Counted from the first letter of the stretch, positions 17,705-27,647 are shown. The stretch: DNA of 56,419 bases from a virus (IMGVR_UViG_3300021354_000009:1-56419); one strand, 5' to 3'. Notes: generated by a model not told the origin, from the sequence alone. Translations and numbers: made by a program.

Positions 17705-18691
17705 TTAATTGCGGTTCTGACGGTCGTACTTCATGAAGCTTTCGACCATTGCTTTTTTGCGTGCTGGATTGTCCCAAGCGCCAGCTTCTTTCATTGCTTT
17801 AACCCTTTCAGGTGAAAGCACGAACTGGGAGGTGTTCCGTCCCCCATATGCCGCTGATGCTTCTCGTCCAGAACTTCCCACAACATTCCTCGGTTTACGA
17901 ACAATAGAATCACTGTCCGTTGATCCATTGTAACGGTGTGGTAGTGCTTTTTGCAAGCGACTATCTAACTCAGCCCAATAATCACGATCTGTTGGATCCC
18001 AACCTTCAGTGACCAGAGCCTCATCGTGTTTCTTGGCAATCAACACATCACGATCATTTCCGTTTGGGTCGTACCAAGAATTACGCTTCATCCACTCTGC
18101 GGCGTTCCGTTGTACGTCTGGATCAGGTGGAATAACTTCTTGTTGTTGTCTAGGTGGTGGCGCATTTGCCATGTTGTGCTTATAAGACTGAAGTTGAGCA
18201 ATTTCTTGCTTCGCTTGAGTAAAAAGCTCTTGTGCTTGCACCATAGACTCACCGTCATTGGTGTTTACAGCCTCAGCAAGCTTCATTTTTGCGTATTCCA
18301 AGCGTACTTGGCTATCTTCAATGGTCTTGTCAAGGCGTGCTACGTCGTTTTGGCGTGTACGGTCTTCCACACTTGACAAACGACGCTTAAATTCTTCGTT
18401 TTCACGCTGTAATTGCTGTAAACGAATGTCTTTTTCGCGGTTTGTCTTGTGAATTAGGTCACGTTTAGCCCTACGACGGTCACGTTTAGCCTGACTTAGC
18501 TCTTGGGTGTCATCAGGATGATCTGCATCATCTTTATCGACCTCACCACCCTCAGCTTTTTGTTCTTTAACTGGTGTTTCTTCTCTAACATCATCTTCAA
18601 TCTTCATGTCTTCTGGGATATCTACTACCGCAGAGCCATCTTTCTCTTCCATGATGTCTAAATCCATCTGTTCTTTTTTATCTGTAGCCAT
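17705..18691 (-). CDS. Capsid scaffolding protein
   Basis: Acidic N-terminus, long coiled coil, WMKRNSWY motif and C-terminal LSPERVKAMK. Confidence 0.7.
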   Translation of the reverse strand: MATDKKEQMDLDIMEEKDGSAVVDIPEDMKIEDDVREETPVKEQKAEGGEVDKDDADHPDDTQELSQAKRDRRRAKRDLIHKTNREKDIRLQQLQRENEEFKRRLSSVEDRTRQNDVARLDKTIEDSQVRLEYAKMKLAEAVNTNDGESMVQAQELFTQAKQEIAQLQSYKHNMANAPPPRQQQEVIPPDPDVQRNAAEWMKRNSWYDPNGNDRDVLIAKKHDEALVTEGWDPTDRDYWAELDSRLQKALPHRYNGSTDSDSIVRKPRNVVGSSGREASAAYGGRNTSQFVLSPERVKAMKEAGAWDNPARKKAMVESFMKYDRQNRN

Positions 18692-18700
18692 ATTGCCCCC

Positions 18701-19156
18701 TTAAACGTAAGCTTTGAACGACAAAGGATCGTCAGTGATCTTTGCAATCACTTCGTGGTCATTAATTGTCATAAAAAGCACTGGATCTTCGTTTTTATCT
18801 TCGTTTGGAACTGTGCGCTCCCAACGATCACCGCCCCATCGTGGTACACGAACAAAATCACCAACTTGTGCCCAAGTTCCCTCTGGCCAAAGCTCCATGG
18901 TGTCTCTGTTTTTGTACGCCAAAGGCCCAAGTGCCACGACCTTACCGATCATGTTGTTCCACTTTTCGTTTTCTTTGGTTTCGTCAACGATGATGATGCG
19001 TCCAGACGTCTTCTTGATGCGTCGTAGTTGGACAACTACGCGACCACCAAGAGGTGCTTGACCACAACTCACGTTGGGAAACGCCCAGTCCAGTTCAACT
19101 GGATCAGGCGTGCCTACGCTTCCCTCAATAGTAGGGATCTTCTCTTTCTCACTCAT
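18701..19156 (-). CDS. groES: GroES/Cpn10-like co-chaperonin
   Basis: PLGGRVVV...KTSGRIII...GKVVALGPLAY...VGDFV...INDHEVIAKI. Confidence 0.85.
   Translation of the reverse strand: MSEKEKIPTIEGSVGTPDPVELDWAFPNVSCGQAPLGGRVVVQLRRIKKTSGRIIIVDETKENEKWNNMIGKVVALGPLAYKNRDTMELWPEGTWAQVGDFVRVPRWGGDRWERTVPNEDKNEDPVLFMTINDHEVIAKITDDPLSFKAYV
19090..19102. repeat. Dispersed palindrome CCAGTTSAACTGG
   Basis: Exact match; extends to 15 bp. Confidence 0.85.
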
Positions 19157-19234
19157 ACTAACTCCTAAAAAACACCATATTTCAGGTGCATCATTTAAAC
19201 GCTTTTCAGCGTGGCCTCAGTCCTTTAGGGGGAC

Positions 19235-19414
19235 TTATTCTTGGTTTCTCTCTTCATCTAACATACGGTTAATGGCATCAAGAGCGTATTGCAACCCTTG
19301 ATGTTCACCAACCATACGTTGATAGCTCTCCCAAGTTGAAGCATTTCCTTGGGCTAGCGACATACCTAACTCTCCTTGGCGCAACTTGATCACATTGATC
19401 AAAGGGCTAATCAT
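19235..19414 (-). CDS. Small helical head-module protein (59 aa, not in ORF track)
   Basis: MISPLINVIKLRQGELGMSLAQGNASTWESYQRMVGEHQGL...; ATGA overlap with the upstream gene. Confidence 0.75.
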   Translation of the reverse strand: MISPLINVIKLRQGELGMSLAQGNASTWESYQRMVGEHQGLQYALDAINRMLDEERNQE

Positions 19415-19569
19415 TTTTTCTTAGCCTGAGCCAAAGCACCTTGTGGCTTTTTGCCTTGTTGGTTTCCACCTTTAGGCTCTAAGCTAGTGCCATCCAGTTT
19501 TACGCCTTGAGCCATACGAGCGTGATAACGCACCATTGGGCCTTTTTGTTCTGCATCAGAAGTTGCCAT
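19411..19569 (-). CDS. Small basic protein (52 aa, not in ORF track)
   Basis: MATSDAEQKGPMVRYHARMAQGVKLDG...; AAGGA RBS; overlaps the portal end. Confidence 0.65.
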   Translation of the reverse strand: MATSDAEQKGPMVRYHARMAQGVKLDGTSLEPKGGNQQGKKPQGALAQAKKK

Positions 19570-22039
19570 TTTGATTTCCTTGAGGTTGTGGCATTGGTGC
19601 CATGGGGGGTGCCGCTTGTGCGACGGGTGGTGGCGTTGCCGCCAATTCGTTTGCGTGTTGAATCGTTTGATGAGTCAACTTTGAGTTTTCAATATCAATC
19701 TTTGTTTGGTTGTCCATGGCGTGCTGTTGCACCTCCGCGGCCAACTTAGCTTGATCGTACTGAACATCCGCTTGATCTTTAGTTGTCTTACGTTGTGTCT
19801 CTGCCATGCTTGTGTCGTGAACGACTTGGGCATCTGGTGGCAACACTTGCTTGGCTTGCTGTGCACGTTGTTGAGATTGTTGGATCAACTGTTGGAATGC
19901 GGGCACAAATTGCTCAAACACCTCTTTGGTGTCTAGCGTGATGTGTGCGCCAACTGTTGTGTACAACTTGTCCAACGCCGCGGTCAAGCGTGGATCATCG
20001 TAGTTCTCCACAGGCTTACCACCCTTAGCCTTAGCCACATAACCATTTGCACGGTTCAAGTACCACAGAGTCATGTGTTGCTTGATGTGCTCGATCAAGT
20101 GGTTCAGATAGGTTGGATCTGCAAATGGGGACTGTCCAAAGAATGGGTTTAAGCCAAATTGCAAGTGGTCTTGGATGTGCGCAATGTGATCTTGTTGCAT
20201 GTACGCATACGCTGGCTGTCCAAGAAGCATGGCCGCGTTCTCATCTGCCGACGTGCGTTGCTCAGGAGCAGGGGCGTCTTTCATCAACTCATTGATGTCT
20301 GGCACCTTCATCTGCTTTAAGAATCGCTCCAACACTTTGTTCATGTTGAACTCGTTTGGATGCTTCTCCGCTAAAGCCAATACCGCTTGGTTCTGAGCCA
20401 TGCGTTGAGTTTCAGAGAAGATATGGGGGTCAGAGACTGGCACAACATCCGTATTGCGTGCAAAGTCTTCACGGTTGATCTCTAGGTCAGCAACCACCTC
20501 AGACTTACGCATCTCATCAAAGTGCCAACGATTCAATCTGCAAAGAATCTTTAACACGCGACCTTGGCTCTCATGCAAACGTGCATGAATAGCGGAGAAG
20601 ACCGCCGCGCCCTGTTCAATCAACGCCTGTGTAGTGCCTACAGGGGCTTGTGAGGTCACATCAGCAATCTTCTCTTCACTGGTGCTCACCACGCCTTTAG
20701 CGGCGGTATCAAGCCATCCTAGGAGCTTAAATAGAACCTCAGACGGTGGGTTGAAAGGCATAGGCATAGCGATCTGGCGGATGTCCTGAACGCCTGGTGC
20801 GCCCTCTATCTCCACAATCTGCGTAACTTCTACCTGTTGGCTCTGTCCACTGATCTTCGCTCCTTTGAGCTTGAGCATGGTGGCTGAATTGTTGATGTGC
20901 GCAGAGTCGAGAAGCGCACGCAATGAGCCTGTGAGCGCCGCAGACAATCCACCAATTAAATGTGGCAAGCCAATAGCGTATGCACCACGCCATGGAATGA
21001 ACTTGAACTCCACAATCCAATCCAACTTGGTCATCGTCTCGTCTTGCTCTTCCCAATTACGGTACAAACCGACTACTTCGTGGTTTAGTTCGTCAATCAT
21101 TAAGATGTATGGAGCCATCTTGCCTTTGGTGTACTTGTCTTCTTCCATCTCCAAGTACGTATAGACGTGGTAAACCTTACGCAAACCGTCGTCGTTGTCT
21201 TCGTAGCTCTTGCCCTCGATCTTGTCGTTAGCCTTTTGAACCCTTGTAGGCTCAATTTGCATGGTGGCTTGGGTGAGGGTGATGTCACGGTACATGCCAC
21301 TAGCAATGCGACGATTGAACTCCCAATGGGTGATCTCGTGCATCTCCGCGGCGCGTTGTGCCGTGTAGAAGTTACTTGCCGCGAACGGCAGAATCACACG
21401 GTCAATAGGCAAGAACTCCACACATGGACGCTTCTTCTCCTCGTCAAACCACAACTTGAAGTACTGTGAGCCACCCAAAGGCAACTGAGTCAATAACTGT
21501 TCTTGCTCGTCACGGAACTCTTCAATCTGTTCAGTGATCTGCCAATTGAGGTAGTCACGCTTACGCTCTGCACGCTCACCTTTGAGGTCATCTATCTTGC
21601 CAATAATCTTGGTGCGAACTGGGCCATCGGGTGGGAACATCTCTTTGATAGCACGAGCCGCAAAGTCCACACAACCCTCAGCCATCGCGGGGTGCACCAC
21701 CTTAGACGCGCCCATGAAGGTAGCGCCGCCTGGCGCATCATTCCCCATACCAGTACGACGGATACCCTCTTCATACTGTTTGTCACGCTGTTCTCTGGCG
21801 TCTTTGTCTTTCTTCAGTAGATCAATGTACCGAGACGCTAACGTATTGAGTTCATACTCTTGATAGTCTTCCGCCATGTTGGAATAGAAGTCTGGGTTGA
21901 CCTCTGGGCCATCATCGGGCAAGTTAACTATGGCACTGCCATCAGGCAATTCCTCAGTGTCCATCTGAACTTCAGGCAGATCTACAAGAGCACTACCGTC
22001 GTCGTTCTCTGTGTATTGTGGGTCTAATTCATCCATCAT
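19556..22039 (-). CDS. Portal protein
   Basis: 827 aa; VVHPAMAEGCVDFAARAIKEMFPPDGPV and PVGTTQALIEQG motifs; C-terminal coiled-coil barrel as in podophage portals. Confidence 0.88.
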   Translation of the reverse strand: MMDELDPQYTENDDGSALVDLPEVQMDTEELPDGSAIVNLPDDGPEVNPDFYSNMAEDYQEYELNTLASRYIDLLKKDKDAREQRDKQYEEGIRRTGMGNDAPGGATFMGASKVVHPAMAEGCVDFAARAIKEMFPPDGPVRTKIIGKIDDLKGERAERKRDYLNWQITEQIEEFRDEQEQLLTQLPLGGSQYFKLWFDEEKKRPCVEFLPIDRVILPFAASNFYTAQRAAEMHEITHWEFNRRIASGMYRDITLTQATMQIEPTRVQKANDKIEGKSYEDNDDGLRKVYHVYTYLEMEEDKYTKGKMAPYILMIDELNHEVVGLYRNWEEQDETMTKLDWIVEFKFIPWRGAYAIGLPHLIGGLSAALTGSLRALLDSAHINNSATMLKLKGAKISGQSQQVEVTQIVEIEGAPGVQDIRQIAMPMPFNPPSEVLFKLLGWLDTAAKGVVSTSEEKIADVTSQAPVGTTQALIEQGAAVFSAIHARLHESQGRVLKILCRLNRWHFDEMRKSEVVADLEINREDFARNTDVVPVSDPHIFSETQRMAQNQAVLALAEKHPNEFNMNKVLERFLKQMKVPDINELMKDAPAPEQRTSADENAAMLLGQPAYAYMQQDHIAHIQDHLQFGLNPFFGQSPFADPTYLNHLIEHIKQHMTLWYLNRANGYVAKAKGGKPVENYDDPRLTAALDKLYTTVGAHITLDTKEVFEQFVPAFQQLIQQSQQRAQQAKQVLPPDAQVVHDTSMAETQRKTTKDQADVQYDQAKLAAEVQQHAMDNQTKIDIENSKLTHQTIQHANELAATPPPVAQAAPPMAPMPQPQGNQNGNF

Positions 22040-25000
22040 TTAGCCTTTTTTTTCTTTAGTGTCAGAGTGGCTTGCATCTCATCCATTGATACATTGCCAC
22101 CTTTTTTGTAACCGTGTTTTTGTAAATGCGTCAAAAAGTCTTCGGTCAAATGTTGTGATGGAGTATTGCGAGTCAAATCCATAACGCCAACGTTACGTCC
22201 TTTTGTTTCTTTAATTTTCTTATGGAACTCAGGCAACATGATTTCTCGTGGGACTGGATGATACATCTGCCCTAAGTCTTCTCCATGCAACATGTGTGGG
22301 AACGCAGGGTTCAAATCTGGTTGTACAGAACGTTGACCACTCAATTGGAATAGGCGAGGGCCAATCGCGTGCGTTGGAGCACCAAGCAACTCAGGTTCCG
22401 TTGTATCAGATACCGTCTTGTCATAGTTGATGATCTGACCCTTCTTACCACCAACAGCCTTACCACCCATCAAGTCAGCCATGACTCGACGTTGGTCAAA
22501 CGTGTTTAAGTTTTTAAAGAAGTTCTTGCTTGAAATGTCTGGATTTCCAAACACTGGTTTACCTTCTTTATCGACAGCTATACCTAATTGCTCGTTAATA
22601 TTGTTACGCAACTCAGGAGTCATCTTGCCAGACTTAATTGAGTTCTTAAATTGCTTCATCAACATATCAAACACCATTTGGTTTGATGTGTGTTGGTTAG
22701 GCGCTCCAAGCAACGTAGACCATAGCGCTTGACCCTCTGGGTGCATAGCGTTGGCGTTAGCGATCTTGGACGCCGCCCCCGTTGAGTTCACACCCCACGC
22801 TACATCTTTATGTGATGGGTAGATGTGTTGTAGCCCTGAGAAGCCTGGCCCACCCAAGAATCCACCACCCACCTTTGTTCGGTCAGACTGAGTGACCTTT
22901 AAATGCTTTCCCTCATGCTTTCCTAGCGCCTCCGATGCTTTTGTTGCGGTAGGCTTAAATTTGTCTGGGCTCTTTGTCGTAGGCTTTGCAGTTCCACCTT
23001 CTTTGTACAACGTACGCTTTCCATACACAGGCTTCTTCGCCAAGACCAATGGGCCAATCTGCACTACATGCTCAGAGTGAGTAATAGGCTCCATCGTCTC
23101 ACGGTCATAGAAGTCTCCATGACGTCTTGGGTCGTAACCTACTTGACGGTAGTCAGGATGGCGCAAGTACTTCATCATGTGCTTGAGCGCTTTCTCTTCG
23201 TCTATGTGCTCAAGTTCACCCATGATCTTTGCGAACGGTGCTTTGTTCTGTTCACCAGTTGCAACACGAATGGCTTTGTTTGGAGTGCCTTGAAACTCAG
23301 CATTACGCACTGAGGAGACGGGGCCATAAGACGGGGGGAACTTATCTTTACCACTAGACTCATCATGTATGGAGTTAATCCACACACCATGACGCTCATA
23401 CGATGGGATGTCTAAGCGAAGGCCAACACGGTGACCTTCTGGCCAACTCTCATGTGTGCGATAACTTTCTTTTTGCTTTGGGATCAAAACGTTCATTGCT
23501 TGCTCATCCGTAGCGGGCATCGGTATAAAGTCATAAGGCTTTACAGGCTTTTCTTTGGCTACAACCTTGGCATAAGCCTTTTGCTTCATGTCGCCTTCCA
23601 TGAGCGCACGAGCCGCCTCTTCTATTCGTTCATTACGTCGAGTCGCCTTGTCATCGAACACAGTAGGGCGCACTTCAACTTTGCCACCCTTGGCTAACTG
23701 TTGGAAGTTGTCAATCGTGTAGTCAGTTGCTCCGTTGTCCATGTTCTGGTTGCTAACTGGTGGGCGATCATTGCTATCAGGCGCTTTGATAATCGTGGGC
23801 AATGGGTTTGGCTCTAAACCACCTTGGGAGAACTGGGGAACGCTTGGTGAGTTAACAGCACCAGTCATTTGTCCAAGAGTAGCAATACCGCCATTGGCCA
23901 TACCTTGTGGTTTCGGTGGTTGCATAGCCGACATAGCTTGACCTTGGGGCGTCATTTGCAAGATGTTGCTAGGTGGTTGAGCCATTGGGTTTGGCGCTCC
24001 ACCAGTTGGTGGCATTGGAGGCATACCGCCTTGTGGTGCACCTTGTGGTTGACCTTGTTGGGGTGGGGGAGTCATGTTAGGTGGCATCAACTGTTGTCCA
24101 CCTTGCTTACTCATATCAACACCGCCCATGGGCAATGGTTGGTTACCCATAGTCACGCCACCAATAGGCATGATCCCATCACGCTTTTGGTCTGGGTTGA
24201 TATACGCTTTGACGTCCATGTTAGGAGCTTCGTTAGCACCCACGTTCTCAATGTTGCCAAAGGCAGACTTACCGTTAGCCAATAGAGCTTGACGCATTTG
24301 GTTAATCGATGGAACTGCACCACCGATTGCTTTCTTGATCACCATCTGATTCAACTTCTTGCCAGTCTTCTCTTGGGTGAAGTAAGCGTTGTGACCCAAC
24401 TTGCGTAGAGCCATCTGTACTCGTGGGTCTTCTATGTGCTTGTAGCTACCTTGGGATAGCGTCTCACCTAAACGCTTGGATGCGTCAGGTAATTTGCTAA
24501 AGTCTTTGTGCTTGGCAACATGCTCAGATACTGATGCAACATGTTCAGGGTTCTCGTAATCAAATGGATTCACAGTGCCTCCTTCGGCTTTGCCTTTTGC
24601 TATTAATTTCTTTAATTCTTCATAACGTTGTGCGTAGCGTTTGTCCATGTCAACGTATTGCCTATCAAACTCGCCTTCATTGATGTCACCCAATGCTTTT
24701 TGCGCATCAAAAAGAATGCGTTGTGGCTCCATGCCAATGGATTTTTTAACCGCATTTGCAATGTGAGTTTTACCCATTTCCACATCGCTATCGTTTACAC
24801 CAGATGTTTTGATTGCCGAGCTTATGTTATTTAGTACAGCCTCATTCAAAGGGTTGTACACATTGTTCTCAAATTTCTTCTGAACCAATTGGCGGAACGG
24901 AAGCATAGCGTCCAAGCCACGATTGATGTGGGGGGCAATGTACCTATTAAATTGCTCAGGGATGGTGGGCGCTCTACCTTTAATCGCTTGCTGTAAATCA

Positions 25001-25287
25001 TTTAAGTCAATGCTATTGGAGCCACCATCTTCAAAGCTTCTAACGTTTCCACCCTTGTTCATCAACGCATAACGCATACTGTCCATGTCGGTAGACCCCA
25101 GTTGAACTGGGGCTTCGGTATCTGCTTGACCCAGTGGGCGCAATGGCTGAGTCTTCTTCATAGCGTCTTCCAAGTGCTGTTGCCCCAATTGGCGACGACG
25201 CTCCATCTCAGCACGCTTGGCGAACTCTTCACGTAGTTGCATTAGCTTTGCACGTGCTTCGGGTGATGGGCCTTGAGGTTCTGCCAC
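22036..25287 (-). CDS. Large multi-segment protein between TerL and portal, divided by 8 xxxGG motifs
   Basis: 1083 aa; GTG start with GAAGGA RBS; low-complexity and globular segments alternate. Confidence 0.7.
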   Translation of the reverse strand: MAEPQGPSPEARAKLMQLREEFAKRAEMERRRQLGQQHLEDAMKKTQPLRPLGQADTEAPVQLGSTDMDSMRYALMNKGGNVRSFEDGGSNSIDLNDLQQAIKGRAPTIPEQFNRYIAPHINRGLDAMLPFRQLVQKKFENNVYNPLNEAVLNNISSAIKTSGVNDSDVEMGKTHIANAVKKSIGMEPQRILFDAQKALGDINEGEFDRQYVDMDKRYAQRYEELKKLIAKGKAEGGTVNPFDYENPEHVASVSEHVAKHKDFSKLPDASKRLGETLSQGSYKHIEDPRVQMALRKLGHNAYFTQEKTGKKLNQMVIKKAIGGAVPSINQMRQALLANGKSAFGNIENVGANEAPNMDVKAYINPDQKRDGIMPIGGVTMGNQPLPMGGVDMSKQGGQQLMPPNMTPPPQQGQPQGAPQGGMPPMPPTGGAPNPMAQPPSNILQMTPQGQAMSAMQPPKPQGMANGGIATLGQMTGAVNSPSVPQFSQGGLEPNPLPTIIKAPDSNDRPPVSNQNMDNGATDYTIDNFQQLAKGGKVEVRPTVFDDKATRRNERIEEAARALMEGDMKQKAYAKVVAKEKPVKPYDFIPMPATDEQAMNVLIPKQKESYRTHESWPEGHRVGLRLDIPSYERHGVWINSIHDESSGKDKFPPSYGPVSSVRNAEFQGTPNKAIRVATGEQNKAPFAKIMGELEHIDEEKALKHMMKYLRHPDYRQVGYDPRRHGDFYDRETMEPITHSEHVVQIGPLVLAKKPVYGKRTLYKEGGTAKPTTKSPDKFKPTATKASEALGKHEGKHLKVTQSDRTKVGGGFLGGPGFSGLQHIYPSHKDVAWGVNSTGAASKIANANAMHPEGQALWSTLLGAPNQHTSNQMVFDMLMKQFKNSIKSGKMTPELRNNINEQLGIAVDKEGKPVFGNPDISSKNFFKNLNTFDQRRVMADLMGGKAVGGKKGQIINYDKTVSDTTEPELLGAPTHAIGPRLFQLSGQRSVQPDLNPAFPHMLHGEDLGQMYHPVPREIMLPEFHKKIKETKGRNVGVMDLTRNTPSQHLTEDFLTHLQKHGYKKGGNVSMDEMQATLTLKKKKAK
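25098..25110. repeat. Dispersed palindrome CCAGTTSAACTGG
   Basis: Exact match; extends to 17 bp. Confidence 0.85.
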
Positions 25288-25341
25288 GGCTATTCCTTCA
25301 TTGTGGGATGCACCGATTATGCCTTCGGTATCGTTCTAAGT

Positions 25342-26772
25342 CTACGCCCCATATGGGTTCACCTTGTTGCGCTTGTTGAACTCCATAGCATCAATCAAAT
25401 CGTCTTCGTCGTAGTCTTCTCGTGGTGGTGGATCAATCGATATCCAACCTGAGTCACGTAAGTATCTAAGCCCTTGGCTAATACAGTCAACGAACTCGTC
25501 GTGTGCTGTCTCAGGGAACGCGCATATCTGGGACACCATGCCCTCAGCCCAATCCCTGACAAAGCCTTTGCGTATGCCAGACTCAGGCACCCACACTCGG
25601 CCTGCCCTGATGATGTTGGCAACGATGCTTAGTCTCTGTGTCTTGTCAGCGTTGCCAGGGTTGTACCCATACACAGGCAAGTGACCACGTTGCAAGTCTT
25701 GTATAAGACTGATACCCGCGGCCTTGTCTTCTACCAATATCAAGTCCACACGCTTCTTCTCTTTGCCTTCACCATACACCGTCTCATACTCTTCAATCAC
25801 CTTGGGGCGTAGGTCTGGGTACTGAAGCTTGTCTTGCCAACAGTCAATCACCATCACGCACATACCGCCATCCAATGGCTTAAACGCTCCAAGCGTTATG
25901 CACCCAGTAGGGTCGTTCTCTTTGCCATCTTTAAAGCCACAGTCATAGCTCTGGATGATGTACTCGAACTTGGGATAGGGCTTACCGTCTGGCCAGAGCC
26001 TAAACCAATCACGCTTGACGATGCCGAACTCTTCTCCATCTAGAAGCTCTGCGTGGATCTCTTGGCGTCCGAGCCTTGTGCCCTCATAGCTAAGGATCTG
26101 CTTCTGGAAGTTGCTAGATAGGTTCTTGATGTTGCTATACGTACTGGCGCGCGTGATCACCACGTCATCACCCTCACGCCCTACCAGATCCATTACTACG
26201 TCTTTAGGCTTGGGTGTAGTAGACGCAATGATCTTGGTCTTGGTGCCCAGTCGAACTGCGAACATGATCATGTCCCACGCTTCTTGTAGGTAGTCCCAAG
26301 CGGCCAACTCATCAAGCCAAGCGCCATGCCACTGACCACCACGGAAGCGATCAGGCTCCGATGCCGATATGCCTTTGATGAACGATCCGTTGTATAACGT
26401 GATCTCGTGCAAAGTCTTGTTGTAGTCTTTTACTAGCTTCTCAGGGATTATCTTCATCAAGCCTGATTCACCGTCAAAGCACGTACCACGCAAGTCACCA
26501 GACGTGGGGGCTGACACTAACCAACGTGTATTGGGTTCGTTCCATGCCCAAGACGCTAGAGTCTCTGCGGCGGCTCTGGTCTTACCCGCACCACGTCCAC
26601 CCAACAGCAACCACACATCCCACCAATCCCCCGATGGCTCTAGTTGGTGCTTGTGTGCTTGTTCGCTTACCCACTTCAGTTGCCAATTGATGGCCAACTG
26701 ATTCAGTATAGGTCTGCTACGGTACTCTTCTACAAACGTGGGATCGACCAGAAGCTCGTCTAGTACGCTCAT
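25342..26772 (-). CDS. terL: Terminase large subunit
   Basis: Walker A GGRGAGKT, Walker B AWLDE, RNase H-like C-terminus (SYDCG...HDEFVD). Confidence 0.95.
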   Translation of the reverse strand: MSVLDELLVDPTFVEEYRSRPILNQLAINWQLKWVSEQAHKHQLEPSGDWWDVWLLLGGRGAGKTRAAAETLASWAWNEPNTRWLVSAPTSGDLRGTCFDGESGLMKIIPEKLVKDYNKTLHEITLYNGSFIKGISASEPDRFRGGQWHGAWLDELAAWDYLQEAWDMIMFAVRLGTKTKIIASTTPKPKDVVMDLVGREGDDVVITRASTYSNIKNLSSNFQKQILSYEGTRLGRQEIHAELLDGEEFGIVKRDWFRLWPDGKPYPKFEYIIQSYDCGFKDGKENDPTGCITLGAFKPLDGGMCVMVIDCWQDKLQYPDLRPKVIEEYETVYGEGKEKKRVDLILVEDKAAGISLIQDLQRGHLPVYGYNPGNADKTQRLSIVANIIRAGRVWVPESGIRKGFVRDWAEGMVSQICAFPETAHDEFVDCISQGLRYLRDSGWISIDPPPREDYDEDDLIDAMEFNKRNKVNPYGA

Positions 26773-27119
26773 TCTGATTGGCGTTGTAGTCTGATGTTCT
26801 TGAGCAACTCACCAAACACGTCTACGTTGTGCTCAATCACCAATGGCTTCTCATCGTTACCAATGTGCTCGGTACGCGCCAACTTCGGTATGTGGTACTC
26901 CACCACCGATTGGAACATGTCGAATGCTTTGGCTGGATTTGGTGGCACCACGTACTCATCACCATCTGGCGTTTTCACTCCTTCAGCTACTTGGTCGAGC
27001 CATCCAGTGAGCCTGTGAGCGTTTGCGTCCACAAACAAGGCTATGGCTTGCCGAGCTTCGTTTGTGACCTTGTTGGGCGTTCCTGCCACCCTACCGCCTG
27101 TCTTCTTGCCCTCAGCCAT
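26769..27119 (-). CDS. terS: Terminase small subunit
   Basis: GKKTGGRVAGTPNKVT N-terminus and PKLARTEHIG C-terminus; overlaps the TerL start. Confidence 0.8.
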   Translation of the reverse strand: MAEGKKTGGRVAGTPNKVTNEARQAIALFVDANAHRLTGWLDQVAEGVKTPDGDEYVVPPNPAKAFDMFQSVVEYHIPKLARTEHIGNDEKPLVIEHNVDVFGELLKNIRLQRQSE

Positions 27120-27226
27120 GTCGCTCTCCTCTAAATCCGTCTACTGTAGATAGTATGTTAGTGGAGACTAACGTTGTTTTCTCTTCGGTCATGTTTCAGT
27201 CCTTTGCGCACAATCGTTTCAGTGCA

Positions 27227-27412
27227 TTACAGGTCTGAGTTTAACAATATATTTATTAAGTTGTCTAGCTTTGGTTCTATGAGTAGTGCTTCGTGTTCTT
27301 TGTCCGATACTATGAGAGCCCAAGACTTCATGGCTTTGCACCAATACAGTCCTGAGTTGTCATAGCCCATCATGAGGCTTTGGAGTTGTTGATACTTATC
27401 TAGGTTACTCAA
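27227..27412 (-). CDS. Hypothetical protein
   Basis: 61-aa ORF in a tightly packed operon. Confidence 0.45.
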   Translation of the reverse strand: MSNLDKYQQLQSLMMGYDNSGLYWCKAMKSWALIVSDKEHEALLIEPKLDNLINILLNSDL

Positions 27413-27647
27413 GGCTTGTACCCATTACACGAAGCTCCATGACTTTGTTTGCACGCTTGAGCTTTTGGTTCTCTTCTTTGAGGCGCAATATCTCTGATGT
27501 CATGTATGCGAGGCGACTTGATGCGTGATCTATCCAATCCTTTACTTCCGTAGGCATTGAGAACTGTTTGGACTCCAGTTGAACTGGGGTCTTCTTAGTT
27601 TTCTTTGCCACGGTCTTTTTGGCCACGATCTTTTTAGCTGTTGCCAT
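27405..27647 (-). CDS. Hypothetical coiled-coil protein
   Basis: 80 aa; Lys-rich N-terminus; overlaps both neighbours. Confidence 0.65.
   Translation of the reverse strand: MATAKKIVAKKTVAKKTKKTPVQLESKQFSMPTEVKDWIDHASSRLAYMTSEILRLKEENQKLKRANKVMELRVMGTSLE
27575..27587. repeat. Dispersed palindrome CCAGTTSAACTGG
   Basis: Exact match. Confidence 0.85.

Noticed and set aside
19160-19234. Hammerhead ribozyme
   Set aside because: CUGAGGC does not match the CUGANGA core, and the stems do not fit.
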